Assembly: GCA_036677805.1 (NCBI GenBank)
Contig: JAVBVS010000016.1
Span: 290,553-322,552, forward strand
Length of the DNA: 32,000 bases
Reading direction: 5' to 3'
Origin: Victivallaceae bacterium
Lineage (GTDB): Bacteria; Verrucomicrobiota; Lentisphaeria; Victivallales; Victivallaceae
Shown here: positions 1-8,153 of the stretch, one piece after another
How positions within the stretch are numbered: position 1 is the first letter of the stretch
Layout of the letters: every line of letters begins with the position of its first letter
The notes under the pieces: generated by a model
What the model was told of the DNA's origin: nothing
The model's database searches: none
What the model saw: the letters and a program-made list of their open reading frames with translations, nothing else
Program-made: the position numbers and the translations under genes

Positions 1-441
1 CTGGAATACTTCAGGCTTGATCTCCGCAAAATTGCCCGGCGAAATGCCGATGCGGAAAACCTTCTTCAGATCGGCCTTGCCATTTTCCTGAACCGGATAA
101 TCGACCAGCAGCATGATGTGGTCGCCCTTCCAGAGATTGCTCTGGGAATTCTGCTGGCGAAAGGTATCGTCCGTGACCGTGACGCCAAGATAAAGATAGT
201 TCGGATCATAACCGACGATCGCTTCGGCGGCCAGATCGCCCTCTCCGGAAAGCTTGTCGGCTCCGAAAACCGTCTGCCGCGCGTCAAGGCGGTGGATTTC
301 GGTCAGGCGCAGCAATCGCGAAAGCGACCCGTCGACCGCAGGCGGCGGATCGGCCACCCGTTGAATTTTCAACATCTCTTCCGCCCCGGCGACGCCGGAG
401 ACCAGTACGCCGAACACCCCCAGCCAATGTCTCAGTTTCAT
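1..441 (-). CDS. Secreted protein, N-terminal 147 codons only (gene runs off left edge); possible carbohydrate-binding CBM9/DOMON-like module
   Basis: Hand translation of the minus strand from ATG 441..439 gives MKLRHWLGVFGVLVSGVAGAEEMLKIQRVADPPPAVDGSLSRL...NLWKGDHIMLLVDYP...FRIGISPGNF, with no stop down to base 1. The N-terminus looks like a signal peptide. The gene is missing from the ORF track because it has no stop in the window. The domain guess rests on motif resemblance only. Confidence 0.6.
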   Translation of the reverse strand, partial: MKLRHWLGVFGVLVSGVAGAEEMLKIQRVADPPPAVDGSLSRLLRLTEIHRLDARQTVFGADKLSGEGDLAAEAIVGYDPNYLYLGVTVTDDTFRQQNSQSNLWKGDHIMLLVDYPVQENGKADLKKVFRIGISPGNFAEIKPEVFQ

Positions 442-479
442 TGCAGCACTCTTTTCTTATTGGGATTGATTGTTTTCAA

Positions 480-1562
480 TCAGATGGAACACCGGAAATT
501 CTCCACCACCGGCACCGTTTCAACCAGCGGTTCCGGCGAATCCGCCAGCAGTTGCCGAAGCGCCATGCGTCCGGCCATTTCGTAATCGAAGCCGATGGCC
601 GAAAGCGGCAGCGGATTCCGTTCCAGCGCCGGATTATCCTCCAACGCCAGAATTGACACATCCTTCGGTACCGTCAACTGCGCCCGACGCAGCGCCTGAT
701 AGGCGCCGACGGCCTGGACATAGCTTACCGCGAGAATGGCGTCGAAAAAATGGCGGCGGCGGGAGAGAATGGAGATGGCCATTTCATCCATGACCATTTC
801 CTGGTCCCGATTGGTGAACAGTTCGATGTTGGGATTGTATTCGAGGCCGCAGGCGGCCAGTCCCGCGCGATAGCCCCGGCGCCACGGCACATCGTAACGC
901 ACCCCGCTGTGAAGCAGGAGGATATGCCGCCGCCCGGCCGCATAAAGCAGCTTCACACCCTGTGCCACCAGCTCCGTGCGGGCGAGGCGCAGCTTGTGGA
1001 ATCCGGTAATCGAGCGGGCGAATTCCGGCTCCGCTTCATCCTGATTGTCGAGGAAGGAAACCCGGCAGTGTTTCCGCTGGAGCCACGGAAAAATCGGATA
1101 AAACCAGTAGCCCGCGACAATCACCCGGCTGTAGGGCGCCAGATTGTCCAGCACCTCCCGGTCCAGATCATTCTGGGTGTTGGAACGCCCGGTGATCAGC
1201 ATTTCAAGCTTGACTCCGGAATCCCGCGCCTCCTGCAATGCCCCGCCGTAAGCCGTAACCGAAAAAAAAGTCACCGGATAGCGGAAGATCACGGTACTGG
1301 GCAAGGCGAAATAAATCGGCTGCTTTCCGCGTTCGGCCGTATTGAGCCGGGTAAAACTGCCGCTGCCCCGGACCCGCTCAAGCAGTCCCTTATTTTCCAG
1401 ATCGTTGAGCGCCCGGGTGACGGTCATGTAGGAAACGCCAAAACGCTCCGCCAGCGCTCGGGCGGCGGGCACCCGGGTATTGGCCGGCAAAGCGGCGAAC
1501 TCCACCTCCAGAATTTCGCGGATCCGGCGGTGAAGCGGTTGTTCGGCGGCACTCTTCGGCAT
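480..1562 (-). CDS. GntR-family transcriptional regulator with C-terminal LacI/PBP1-type sugar-binding domain
   Basis: Track ORF 480..1670. It has a GntR winged-helix motif (ARALAERFGVSYMTVTRALNDLENKGLLERVRGSGSFT) followed by about 300 aa of periplasmic-binding-protein-like sequence. The start was trimmed to M37 (MPKSAAEQPLH), which has GGAG 7 nt upstream. Confidence 0.85.
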   Translation of the reverse strand: MPKSAAEQPLHRRIREILEVEFAALPANTRVPAARALAERFGVSYMTVTRALNDLENKGLLERVRGSGSFTRLNTAERGKQPIYFALPSTVIFRYPVTFFSVTAYGGALQEARDSGVKLEMLITGRSNTQNDLDREVLDNLAPYSRVIVAGYWFYPIFPWLQRKHCRVSFLDNQDEAEPEFARSITGFHKLRLARTELVAQGVKLLYAAGRRHILLLHSGVRYDVPWRRGYRAGLAACGLEYNPNIELFTNRDQEMVMDEMAISILSRRRHFFDAILAVSYVQAVGAYQALRRAQLTVPKDVSILALEDNPALERNPLPLSAIGFDYEMAGRMALRQLLADSPEPLVETVPVVENFRCSI

Positions 1563-1869
1563 GGCAAAACTCCGGCTTTCAACAATTGCGTCTGCCATTA
1601 AGTATAATGAAAAAATCCGAAAAAACAATCGGCCGGCCGGCTTTCCGGTCACAAACCGCCGAAAAATCATATATAACTTTCATCCTCAATGCAAAAAGAC
1701 TATACAACTTGATTCTTTCGACTCAAAGTCCATCGTCCCGTCATGGAAATGCCATTAAGGAAACGAGGCCCGCCGGTCGGATATCGATATATTTTCGTTG
1801 CTCCGGCGATGAACTTCCGCAAGGACCAGTCATCCCGCAGGTACAAGAAGAAATAAACCCGACGGAAAT

Positions 1870-1898
1870 TTGCATCGGGACGGTTACGGTGGTATACT
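1870..1898 (+). promoter_or_regulatory. Sigma70-like promoter for pdxK (TTGCAT-N17-TATACT)
   Basis: TTGCAT at 1870-1875, a 17-nt spacer and TATACT at 1893-1898. AAGGA (1911-1915) precedes the ATG at 1924. Confidence 0.45.
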
Positions 1899-1923
1899 AT
1901 GGACTCAGAAAAGGATCAATCCC

Positions 1924-2760
1924 ATGAAAAGAATCGTGACCATTCAGGATATTTCCTGCGTCGGCAAGTGTTCGCTCACCGTGGCGCTGCCGATCATTTC
2001 GGCGATGGGGGTGGAAACCGCCGTGCTGCCGACCGCGGTGCTCTCGACCCACACCATGTTCAAAAACTTCACCTTCCGCGACCTGACCTGCGACATCAAA
2101 CCGATCGCCGCGCACTGGAAGGCGGAAAACATCGGCTTCGACGCCATTTACACCGGATACCTCGGCTCCTTCGAACAGCTGGCGCTGGTGGCGGAATTCA
2201 TCGCCGATTTCAAAACCCCGGACAATCTGGTCTTCATCGACCCGGTCATGGCCGACAACGGCAAACTTTACCCCGGCTTCACCCCGGAATTCGCCCGCGC
2301 CATGGCCGGGCTCTGCGCCCGGGCCGACGTGATCGTACCCAACCTCACCGAAGCGGCCTTCCTGCTCGACCGGCCCTATTGCGCCGGAGGCTATGACGAA
2401 GCTTATATCCGCGAGCTTCTGAAGCGGCTGGCAGATCTGGGAGCGCCTCATGCGGTGCTTACCGGCGTGAGTTTCACGCCGAATCAGGTCGGGGTGATGG
2501 GCTATCATGCCGAAAAGGACGAGTTTTTCAGCTATTTCCACCGCCGCCTCGACGTGTCGTTTCACGGCACCGGCGATATTTTTTCAAGCACCGCGGTGGG
2601 GGCGCTGATGCGGGGGTTGCGGCTGGAAAAAGCGCTCGCGCTGGCGGCCGACTATACCGTCGACTGCATCGAATGCACCATGAATTCCCCCCGTCACGCC
2701 TGGTACGGGGTCGAATTCGAACGTGCGATTCCACGGCTGCTGGAGCGGCTCCATGAGTGA
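1924..2760 (+). CDS. pdxK: Pyridoxal/pyridoxamine kinase (ribokinase-like PdxK family)
   Basis: Track ORF 1870..2760, trimmed to MKRIVTIQDISCVGKCSLTVALPIISAMGVETAVLPTAVLSTHT. This N-terminus is typical of pyridoxamine kinases. GTGD is present near the C-terminus (FHGTGDIFSS). Confidence 0.85.
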   Translation: MKRIVTIQDISCVGKCSLTVALPIISAMGVETAVLPTAVLSTHTMFKNFTFRDLTCDIKPIAAHWKAENIGFDAIYTGYLGSFEQLALVAEFIADFKTPDNLVFIDPVMADNGKLYPGFTPEFARAMAGLCARADVIVPNLTEAAFLLDRPYCAGGYDEAYIRELLKRLADLGAPHAVLTGVSFTPNQVGVMGYHAEKDEFFSYFHRRLDVSFHGTGDIFSSTAVGALMRGLRLEKALALAADYTVDCIECTMNSPRHAWYGVEFERAIPRLLERLHE

Positions 2761-3601
2761 CTTGCGCCGGTACCGGGCCCTGATTTTCTGCGACCTCGAC
2801 GATACGCTGATTGCCGGCAGCGCGCCGGTGTCGGCGGCCAACGCGGCGATGATCGTCCGGCTGGCCGATTCCGGCGTCGGCGTGGTCGCCGCCAGCGGCC
2901 GCAACCTGATGCTGCTGGAGCGGGTGCTGCCGCCGGAACTGCCGCTGGCTTTCGCCATCTGCTCCACCGGCGTCGGCATCCTCGACTGGCCGACGCGCCA
3001 TCTGCTCCGCCGCAGCGAGCTCTCCGCGGCAACCGCCGCGGCGGCGGTGCAGAAACTGCGGGCGGCGGGAGCCAATTTCATGGTTCATGCGCCGCTGCCC
3101 GACAACCATCACTGTCATTATTGCGCCGCGCTGCCGGATTCCGGCACGCGGGCGGATTTCTATCGCCGCCTCGGCCGTTTCGCGCAGTCGCCCCGGCTCC
3201 TCCCCGAAGAGTGGGACGGCGCCGGCGGAGCAAGCCAGCTGCTGGCGATTTTCGACTCCGGCGAAGCCCCCGCCGCGGAAGCGCTGGCGGCGGAACTCAG
3301 GCCGGATTATTCGGTCGTCCGGGCGACTTCTCCGATCGACCACGAAAGTTTGTGGCTGGAAATTTTCGCGCCCGGAGTCAACAAAGCTTCCGCCGCGGCC
3401 TGGCTCTGCGACCGCTTCGCCCCCGGCATGCCGAGTTATGCTCTGGGCAACGATTACAACGACCTCGATCTGCTGGCGTGGGCCGACCATCCGCTGGCGG
3501 CGGCCGCCTCGCCGCCGGAACTGAAGCGGCGCTTCGAGGCCTTGAGCAATCCTCCGGAGAGCATCCTCGCCGAAGCCGTCGCGCGCTGGCAGCTGCTCTG
3601 A
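2753..3601 (+). CDS. HAD-superfamily hydrolase, Cof-like (subfamily IIB) phosphatase
   Basis: Track ORF 2723..3601, trimmed to MSDLRRYRALIFCDLDDTLI (HAD motif I, DxDxT). C-terminal motif GNDYNDLDLL (HAD motif IV). The ATG at 2753 overlaps the pdxK stop (ATGAGTGA). Confidence 0.8.
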   Translation: MSDLRRYRALIFCDLDDTLIAGSAPVSAANAAMIVRLADSGVGVVAASGRNLMLLERVLPPELPLAFAICSTGVGILDWPTRHLLRRSELSAATAAAAVQKLRAAGANFMVHAPLPDNHHCHYCAALPDSGTRADFYRRLGRFAQSPRLLPEEWDGAGGASQLLAIFDSGEAPAAEALAAELRPDYSVVRATSPIDHESLWLEIFAPGVNKASAAAWLCDRFAPGMPSYALGNDYNDLDLLAWADHPLAAAASPPELKRRFEALSNPPESILAEAVARWQLL

Positions 3602-3616
3602 ACCGCTTGGCCTGCC

Positions 3617-3658
3617 AAAAAACAGCTCCCGCCGGACCGTTTTATGCGACGGGAGCTG
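3617..3658 (-). terminator. Rho-independent terminator of tpx
   Basis: Perfect 9-bp stem: cagctcccg (3623-3631) pairs with cgggagctg (3650-3658). On the minus strand the stem is followed by TTTTTT (complement of the A-run 3617-3622). It lies 23 nt past the tpx stop. The 18-nt loop is large. Confidence 0.55.
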
Positions 3659-3680
3659 AAGTTTCGTTCGCTGCTTCGAC

Positions 3681-4193
3681 TCAAGCCTGGGCGAGCGCCT
3701 TCAATGCGGCCTCGTAATCCGGCTCGTCGACGATGTCGTTGGTCGTCCGGGCGTAGGCGATCTTGCCGGCGGCGTCGATGATCACCACGGAGCGGGTCAG
3801 CAGACCGCTCAGGGGCCCGTCGGTCATCAGTACGCCGTAATCCTTGCCGAAGGTGGAGGCATAATGAAAATCGGACAGCGTCAGCACATTTTTGATGCCC
3901 TCGGCGGCGCAGAAACGACTCTGGGCGAAGGGCAGATCCTTGGAAATGCACAGCACCAGCGTGTTTTTCATCTGCGCCGCAAGCTCGTTGAACTTGCGCA
4001 CGGAGAGCGAGCAGACCGGGGTGTCGATGCTCGGGAAAATGTTCAGCAGCAGCTTCTTTTCCTTGCCGTCGCCCAGCGTGAAACGACTCAGGTCGGCCTT
4101 GGTCAGGCTGAAATCCGGAGCTTTTATCCCGGCGGTGACGAATTTTCCGGCGACGTTGACCGGCGTTCCCTTGAATTGCGTTTGATTGGCCAT
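3681..4193 (-). CDS. tpx: Thiol peroxidase (atypical 2-Cys peroxiredoxin Tpx)
   Basis: 170 aa. Contains the Tpx pattern KAPDFSL...LNIFPSIDTPVCS with the peroxidatic Cys. A strong AGGAGG RBS lies upstream on the minus strand. Confidence 0.92.
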   Translation of the reverse strand: MANQTQFKGTPVNVAGKFVTAGIKAPDFSLTKADLSRFTLGDGKEKKLLLNIFPSIDTPVCSLSVRKFNELAAQMKNTLVLCISKDLPFAQSRFCAAEGIKNVLTLSDFHYASTFGKDYGVLMTDGPLSGLLTRSVVIIDAAGKIAYARTTNDIVDEPDYEAALKALAQA

Positions 4194-4278
4194 CTCTGCT
4201 CCTCCTCTTCCGTTAAGCTGCGGTTTTCGGCCCCGTCCAGGACTGGAACGGGCCTCGAACCGAAATTAATGTACCGTC

Positions 4279-4316
4279 TCCGGCGGCGAAATCAAATCCG
4301 GCGGCGATCAAATCCG
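4279..4316. repeat. Tandem direct repeat in the tpx/hydF divergent control region
   Basis: TCCGGCGGCGAAATCAAA (4279-4296) is followed directly by TCCGGCGGCGATCAAA (4297-4312) and a partial TCCG (4313-4316). Confidence 0.6.
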
Positions 4317-4366
4317 TTATTTTTCCCGGAAGCCCCCTTTTTTGTCTGATGCGACCGGCTCCGCCA

Positions 4367-4395
4367 TTGCATTCCATGCGCCGTCATGCTATGTT
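4367..4395 (+). promoter_or_regulatory. Sigma70-like promoter for hydF (TTGCAT-N17-TATGTT)
   Basis: TTGCAT at 4367-4372, a 17-nt spacer and TATGTT at 4390-4395, about 60 nt upstream of the hydF start. Confidence 0.4.
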
Positions 4396-4458
4396 ATCGG
4401 ATGAAACAAGCGCCGGAAAAATGACCGGCGGCGGCAATTTTGGGGAGAGTTTTTGGAT

Positions 4459-5673
4459 ATGGGTACGGACTTGAATGCGACGCCTTCCGCCAATCGCGTG
4501 CACATCGGATTTTTCGGCCGCAGAAACGCGGGCAAATCGAGCGTGGTCAACGCGGTGACCGGCCAGGACCTGGCCATTGTTTCGGAGGTCAAGGGCACCA
4601 CCACCGACCCGGTTTCAAAGGCCATGGAGCTTTTGCCGCTGGGCCCCGTGGTGATCGTCGACACCCCGGGCATCGACGACGAGGGCGAACTCGGCGCCAA
4701 GCGCATCGCCAAAACCCGGCAGGTGCTGAACCGCATCGATCTTGCCCTGCTGGTGGTCGACGCCACCGTCGGGTTGACCGCCGCGGACCGGGAACTGCTG
4801 GCCGAATTCGACCGCAAAAACATTCCCCGCCTGATCGTATTCAACAAATCCGATCTGCTGCCCGCCGTTCCCGCCCGAACCGAACCCGGCGCGATCTACG
4901 TCAGCGCCACCGCAAAAAGCGGCATCCGCGAGCTGCGCGAAATGATCGGAGAACTCGGCAGGACGGAAGATTCCAAGCTCCGGATTGTCGGCGATCTGGT
5001 CGCGCCGTCGGATTTCGTGGTGCTGGTGGTGCCGATCGACAAAGCCGCGCCGAAAGGGCGGCTGATCCTGCCCCAGCAGCAGACCATCCGCGATATTCTC
5101 GAAGCGGACGCCGCCGCCATCGTAGTCAAGGAGCACGAACTGCGCGACACGCTCGCCGCGCTCGGCAAAAAACCGCGGATGGTGATCACCGACAGTCAGG
5201 TTTTCGCCAAAGTCGCCGCCGACACCCCCGACGATATTCTGCTGACCTCGTTTTCGATTCTGATGGCCCGCTACAAAGGCGTGCTCGCCGCGGCCGTCGA
5301 GGGCGCGGCCGTGCTCGACGATCTCCGCGACGGGGACCGGATTCTGATCGCCGAAGGCTGTACCCATCACCGCCAGTGCGACGACATCGGCACGGTCAAG
5401 CTGCCGCGCTGGATCCGGCAATACGCCGATGCCGACGTGGAGTTTGAGTTTACCGCCGGCAACGATTTCCCCGAAGACCTGTCACCCTACAAACTGGTGA
5501 TCCACTGCGGCGGGTGCATGCTTAACGAGCGCGAAATGCGCTTCCGCCGCCGCCACGCCGACGAACGGCGGGTGCCGATGACCAACTACGGCATCGCCAT
5601 CGCCTTCATGCAGGGCATTCTCAAACGGACGCTCCGGCCCTTCCCCGAACTGCTTTGCCTGCTGGAGGATTGA
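4459..5673 (+). CDS. hydF: [FeFe]-hydrogenase H-cluster maturation GTPase HydF
   Basis: GTPase motifs GRRNAGKSS, DTPG and NKSD. The C-terminal FeS motif is CTH-(45 aa)-HCGGC, which fits the HydF CxHx44-53HCxxC signature. The track start 4453 is TTG; the ATG at 4459 has GGGGAGAG upstream. Confidence 0.9.
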   Translation: MGTDLNATPSANRVHIGFFGRRNAGKSSVVNAVTGQDLAIVSEVKGTTTDPVSKAMELLPLGPVVIVDTPGIDDEGELGAKRIAKTRQVLNRIDLALLVVDATVGLTAADRELLAEFDRKNIPRLIVFNKSDLLPAVPARTEPGAIYVSATAKSGIRELREMIGELGRTEDSKLRIVGDLVAPSDFVVLVVPIDKAAPKGRLILPQQQTIRDILEADAAAIVVKEHELRDTLAALGKKPRMVITDSQVFAKVAADTPDDILLTSFSILMARYKGVLAAAVEGAAVLDDLRDGDRILIAEGCTHHRQCDDIGTVKLPRWIRQYADADVEFEFTAGNDFPEDLSPYKLVIHCGGCMLNEREMRFRRRHADERRVPMTNYGIAIAFMQGILKRTLRPFPELLCLLED

Positions 5674-5676
5674 TTC

Positions 5677-7011
5677 ATGAGCGCAAGCCGAACCGAAACG
5701 GATAAACTGGGCGCCGTCGAACTGCCGAAAAATTGCCTCTACGGCATCCAGACCGCGCGCGCCGCGGCCAACTTCGACCTCAACTTCCGCCCGGTCCATC
5801 CCGAATTGATCCGGGCCTTCGCCACTGTCAAAAAAGCGGCCGTGACCGCCTGGGGGCAACTCGAAGCCGATCCGGCGCGAAAACCGGTCTGGGCGGCGGC
5901 GGCCGCCGCCTGCGACCGGATTCTCAATGGCGAAGCGATGGCGTTTTTCCCGGTCGACGCGCTTCAGGGCGGCGCGGGAACCTCGCTGCATATGAATGTC
6001 AACGAAGTGATCGCCAATCTGGCGCTGCAAATCCTCGGCGAAAAGCCGGGCCATTACGGTCTGATCCATCCGCTCGACACCATCAACCGCGGCCAGTCCA
6101 CCAACGATGTCTTTCCGACCGCGCTGCGCATCGCCGCAATCCGCCTGCTCCGCCGGTTGAGCGAGGAGTGCGCCGCGTTGCAGGAACGGCTTCAGGAAAA
6201 GGAAAATGCCTTCGGCCGGATTCCGAAGCTCGGCCGGACCGAATGGATGGACGCGGTGCCGATCACTCTCGGCGAAGAGTTCGGCGCCTTCGCCCAGGCG
6301 GTCGCCCGCGACCGCTGGCGGCTGTACAAGATCGAGGAACGCCTCCGCCAGACCAATCTCGGCGGCACCGCCGTCGGCACCGGGACCAACGCGGATAAAA
6401 AGTATGTTTTCAAAGTCACGGAGCTTTTGCGGGAAGCCACCGGCATCGGCCTTGCCCGGGCGGAATATCCGATGGACCTGACTCAGAACAACGACGTCTT
6501 CGTCGAGGTTTCCGGACTGCTCAAGGCGCTGGCGGTCAATCTGATGAAAATTTCCGGCGACCTCCGCCGGATGAATTCCGGCCCCAAGGGCGGCCTCGGC
6601 GAAATCCGACTGGCCGAGCTTCAGGCGGGCAGTACGATCATGCCCGGCAAAGTCAATCCGGTGATCCCGGAGATGGTCACTCAGGCGGCCATCCGGGCAA
6701 TGGCCAATGATGCGGCAATCGCCACGGCGGCGGCGGCGGGCGAATTCGAGCTCAACGCCTTCCTGCCGCTGATCGCGGATGCGCTGCTGGAAAGCCTGTC
6801 GCTGCTGACCGCCGCGGTCAGAATCTTCCGGGAGCGCTGCATCGCCACGCTGGAGGCCTGCCCCGAACGCTGCCGCGAGCTGCTCGACGGCTCCTACGCC
6901 TTCGCCGCGGAGTTCGTTCCCCGCCTCGGCTACGACCGCGTGGCCGCCATCATCCGGGAAAGTGGCGGCGACGTCGGCGAAGCCCGCCGCAAGCTGGAAA
7001 AGCTGCGCTGA
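5677..7011 (+). CDS. Aspartate ammonia-lyase / class II fumarase superfamily protein (short, 444 aa)
   Basis: Contains the fumarate-lyase signature GSTIMPGKVNP, plus TNDVFPT and LGRTEWMDAVPITLG. It starts 3 nt after the hydF stop. Confidence 0.85.
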   Translation: MSASRTETDKLGAVELPKNCLYGIQTARAAANFDLNFRPVHPELIRAFATVKKAAVTAWGQLEADPARKPVWAAAAAACDRILNGEAMAFFPVDALQGGAGTSLHMNVNEVIANLALQILGEKPGHYGLIHPLDTINRGQSTNDVFPTALRIAAIRLLRRLSEECAALQERLQEKENAFGRIPKLGRTEWMDAVPITLGEEFGAFAQAVARDRWRLYKIEERLRQTNLGGTAVGTGTNADKKYVFKVTELLREATGIGLARAEYPMDLTQNNDVFVEVSGLLKALAVNLMKISGDLRRMNSGPKGGLGEIRLAELQAGSTIMPGKVNPVIPEMVTQAAIRAMANDAAIATAAAAGEFELNAFLPLIADALLESLSLLTAAVRIFRERCIATLEACPERCRELLDGSYAFAAEFVPRLGYDRVAAIIRESGGDVGEARRKLEKLR

Positions 7012-7034
7012 ATCGTCCCCATTCCGGCGGCAGG

Positions 7035-7457
7035 TTACTTCAAGTCGAAGTCTTCCGACTTGAAGTTGCTGTAATAACGGCCGCCGGTCGCGGTGAATTT
7101 CAGAACGCAGTAATCCGGGTCGGTGACGCCGCCGGGATAATACATGGTATCTCCGGCGCGCCAGATTCGCTCCTTGCTGGCCTCATCGGTCAGAACTTCG
7201 ATCGTCCCCTTGAGCATCACGCCGCGAAAAAAACGGGTGTCGGCGAAGTAGACGCAGGCTTTGGCATTGGCGCGAAACTGCCTCACCCGGCGCGACGAAG
7301 TGTTGGTGGTGAAATAGAGTACCGCGATGCCATCCCGCTCACGCGGCGCCAGCATCGCCTTGGTATTGGGGAAGCCGGCTTCATCGACCGACGACAAATA
7401 GGCGATTTTCTGGGCATCGATCAGATTGCCAATGGTAGTTGCAACATCTTTCATCAT
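7035..7457 (-). CDS. Pyridoxamine 5'-phosphate oxidase-like FMN-binding split-barrel protein (general stress protein 26-like)
   Basis: 140 aa. The pattern AYLSSVDEAGFPNTKAM...LYFTTNTSSRRVRQFRANAKACVYF...KGTIEVLTD...KERIW is typical of the family. Confidence 0.8.
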   Translation of the reverse strand: MMKDVATTIGNLIDAQKIAYLSSVDEAGFPNTKAMLAPRERDGIAVLYFTTNTSSRRVRQFRANAKACVYFADTRFFRGVMLKGTIEVLTDEASKERIWRAGDTMYYPGGVTDPDYCVLKFTATGGRYYSNFKSEDFDLK

Positions 7458-7504
7458 ATTTTCTTCTTTCCCGGTTGCGATTTTTGTGGTTGGCGACTGA
7501 TCCG

Positions 7505-7520
7505 CCGGAGCGCGCTCCGG
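7505..7520. other. Perfect 16-bp GC-rich palindrome between the GNAT and PNPOx-like genes
   Basis: ccggagcgcgctccgg is its own reverse complement. No U-tract follows on the minus strand, so it could be a terminator or a protein-binding site. Confidence 0.3.
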
Positions 7521-7557
7521 TCCCGGGTCTCTTCCCGGCGTTCCACGCGACGATCCT

Positions 7558-8043
7558 TCAGGATAACCGTTTCGTCATCCAGGTGATCTCATCGGCGGTG
7601 TCCTCCGGCGACTGGCAGTCGGCCGCGACAAAACCGTATTTGCGGTAAAAGCCGATGGCGGTCAGGCTGCTCGGCACATGAAGTTCGGAAGCGCCTCTCT
7701 TGCGAGCGAGGGTAATGAGGTGGCTCAACAGCAGCCGGCCATACCCCCGGCCATGCGCTTCCGGCGCGATGAAGAAATTCGACACGCTCCAGCGCGGCAG
7801 GTCCGGCGTCCCGAAATTGGCCAGAGCGCCGGTTCCGACGACGGCCATATCTTCGCTGACGACGAATACCTCTTTCCAATCCAGCTGCTCCTGCAAGGCA
7901 GCCACGGAACAATGCGTCTTGAATTTCTCCCGAATGGCAGGCGAATGTTCCGGCATGGCATGGTCGAAATTATCGGCCATGATCCGCGCCATCGCGGGAA
8001 GATCGACCGCACTCGCCCGACGGATGAGGATGTTGTGTTCCAT
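7558..8043 (-). CDS. GNAT-family N-acetyltransferase
   Basis: 161 aa. The acetyl-CoA-binding core is FIAPEAHGRGYGRLLLSHLITLARKRGASEL (Q/RxxGxG/A type). Confidence 0.85.
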   Translation of the reverse strand: MEHNILIRRASAVDLPAMARIMADNFDHAMPEHSPAIREKFKTHCSVAALQEQLDWKEVFVVSEDMAVVGTGALANFGTPDLPRWSVSNFFIAPEAHGRGYGRLLLSHLITLARKRGASELHVPSSLTAIGFYRKYGFVAADCQSPEDTADEITWMTKRLS

Positions 8044-8153
8044 ATTATTTTTCGCCCCGGTTCAATATACTGTTTCCCGAGCCACAAAGCAATCGACGGT
8101 TGCAACTTTTTCCGATCCGTGATACATTATCCGGACCAACGGGAGTTTACGAT

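Noticed and set aside
2528-3490. 320-aa minus-strand ORF and several other ORFs over the pdxK/HAD genes
   Set aside because: It is antisense to two genes with clear family motifs, and its translation is low-complexity and Arg/Gly-rich.
4440-5447. 335-aa Arg-rich plus-strand ORF and the 268-aa minus ORF (4615-5421) over hydF
   Set aside because: They are alternative frames of hydF. Their translations are Arg/Gly/Pro runs, whereas the hydF frame carries all the GTPase and FeS motifs.
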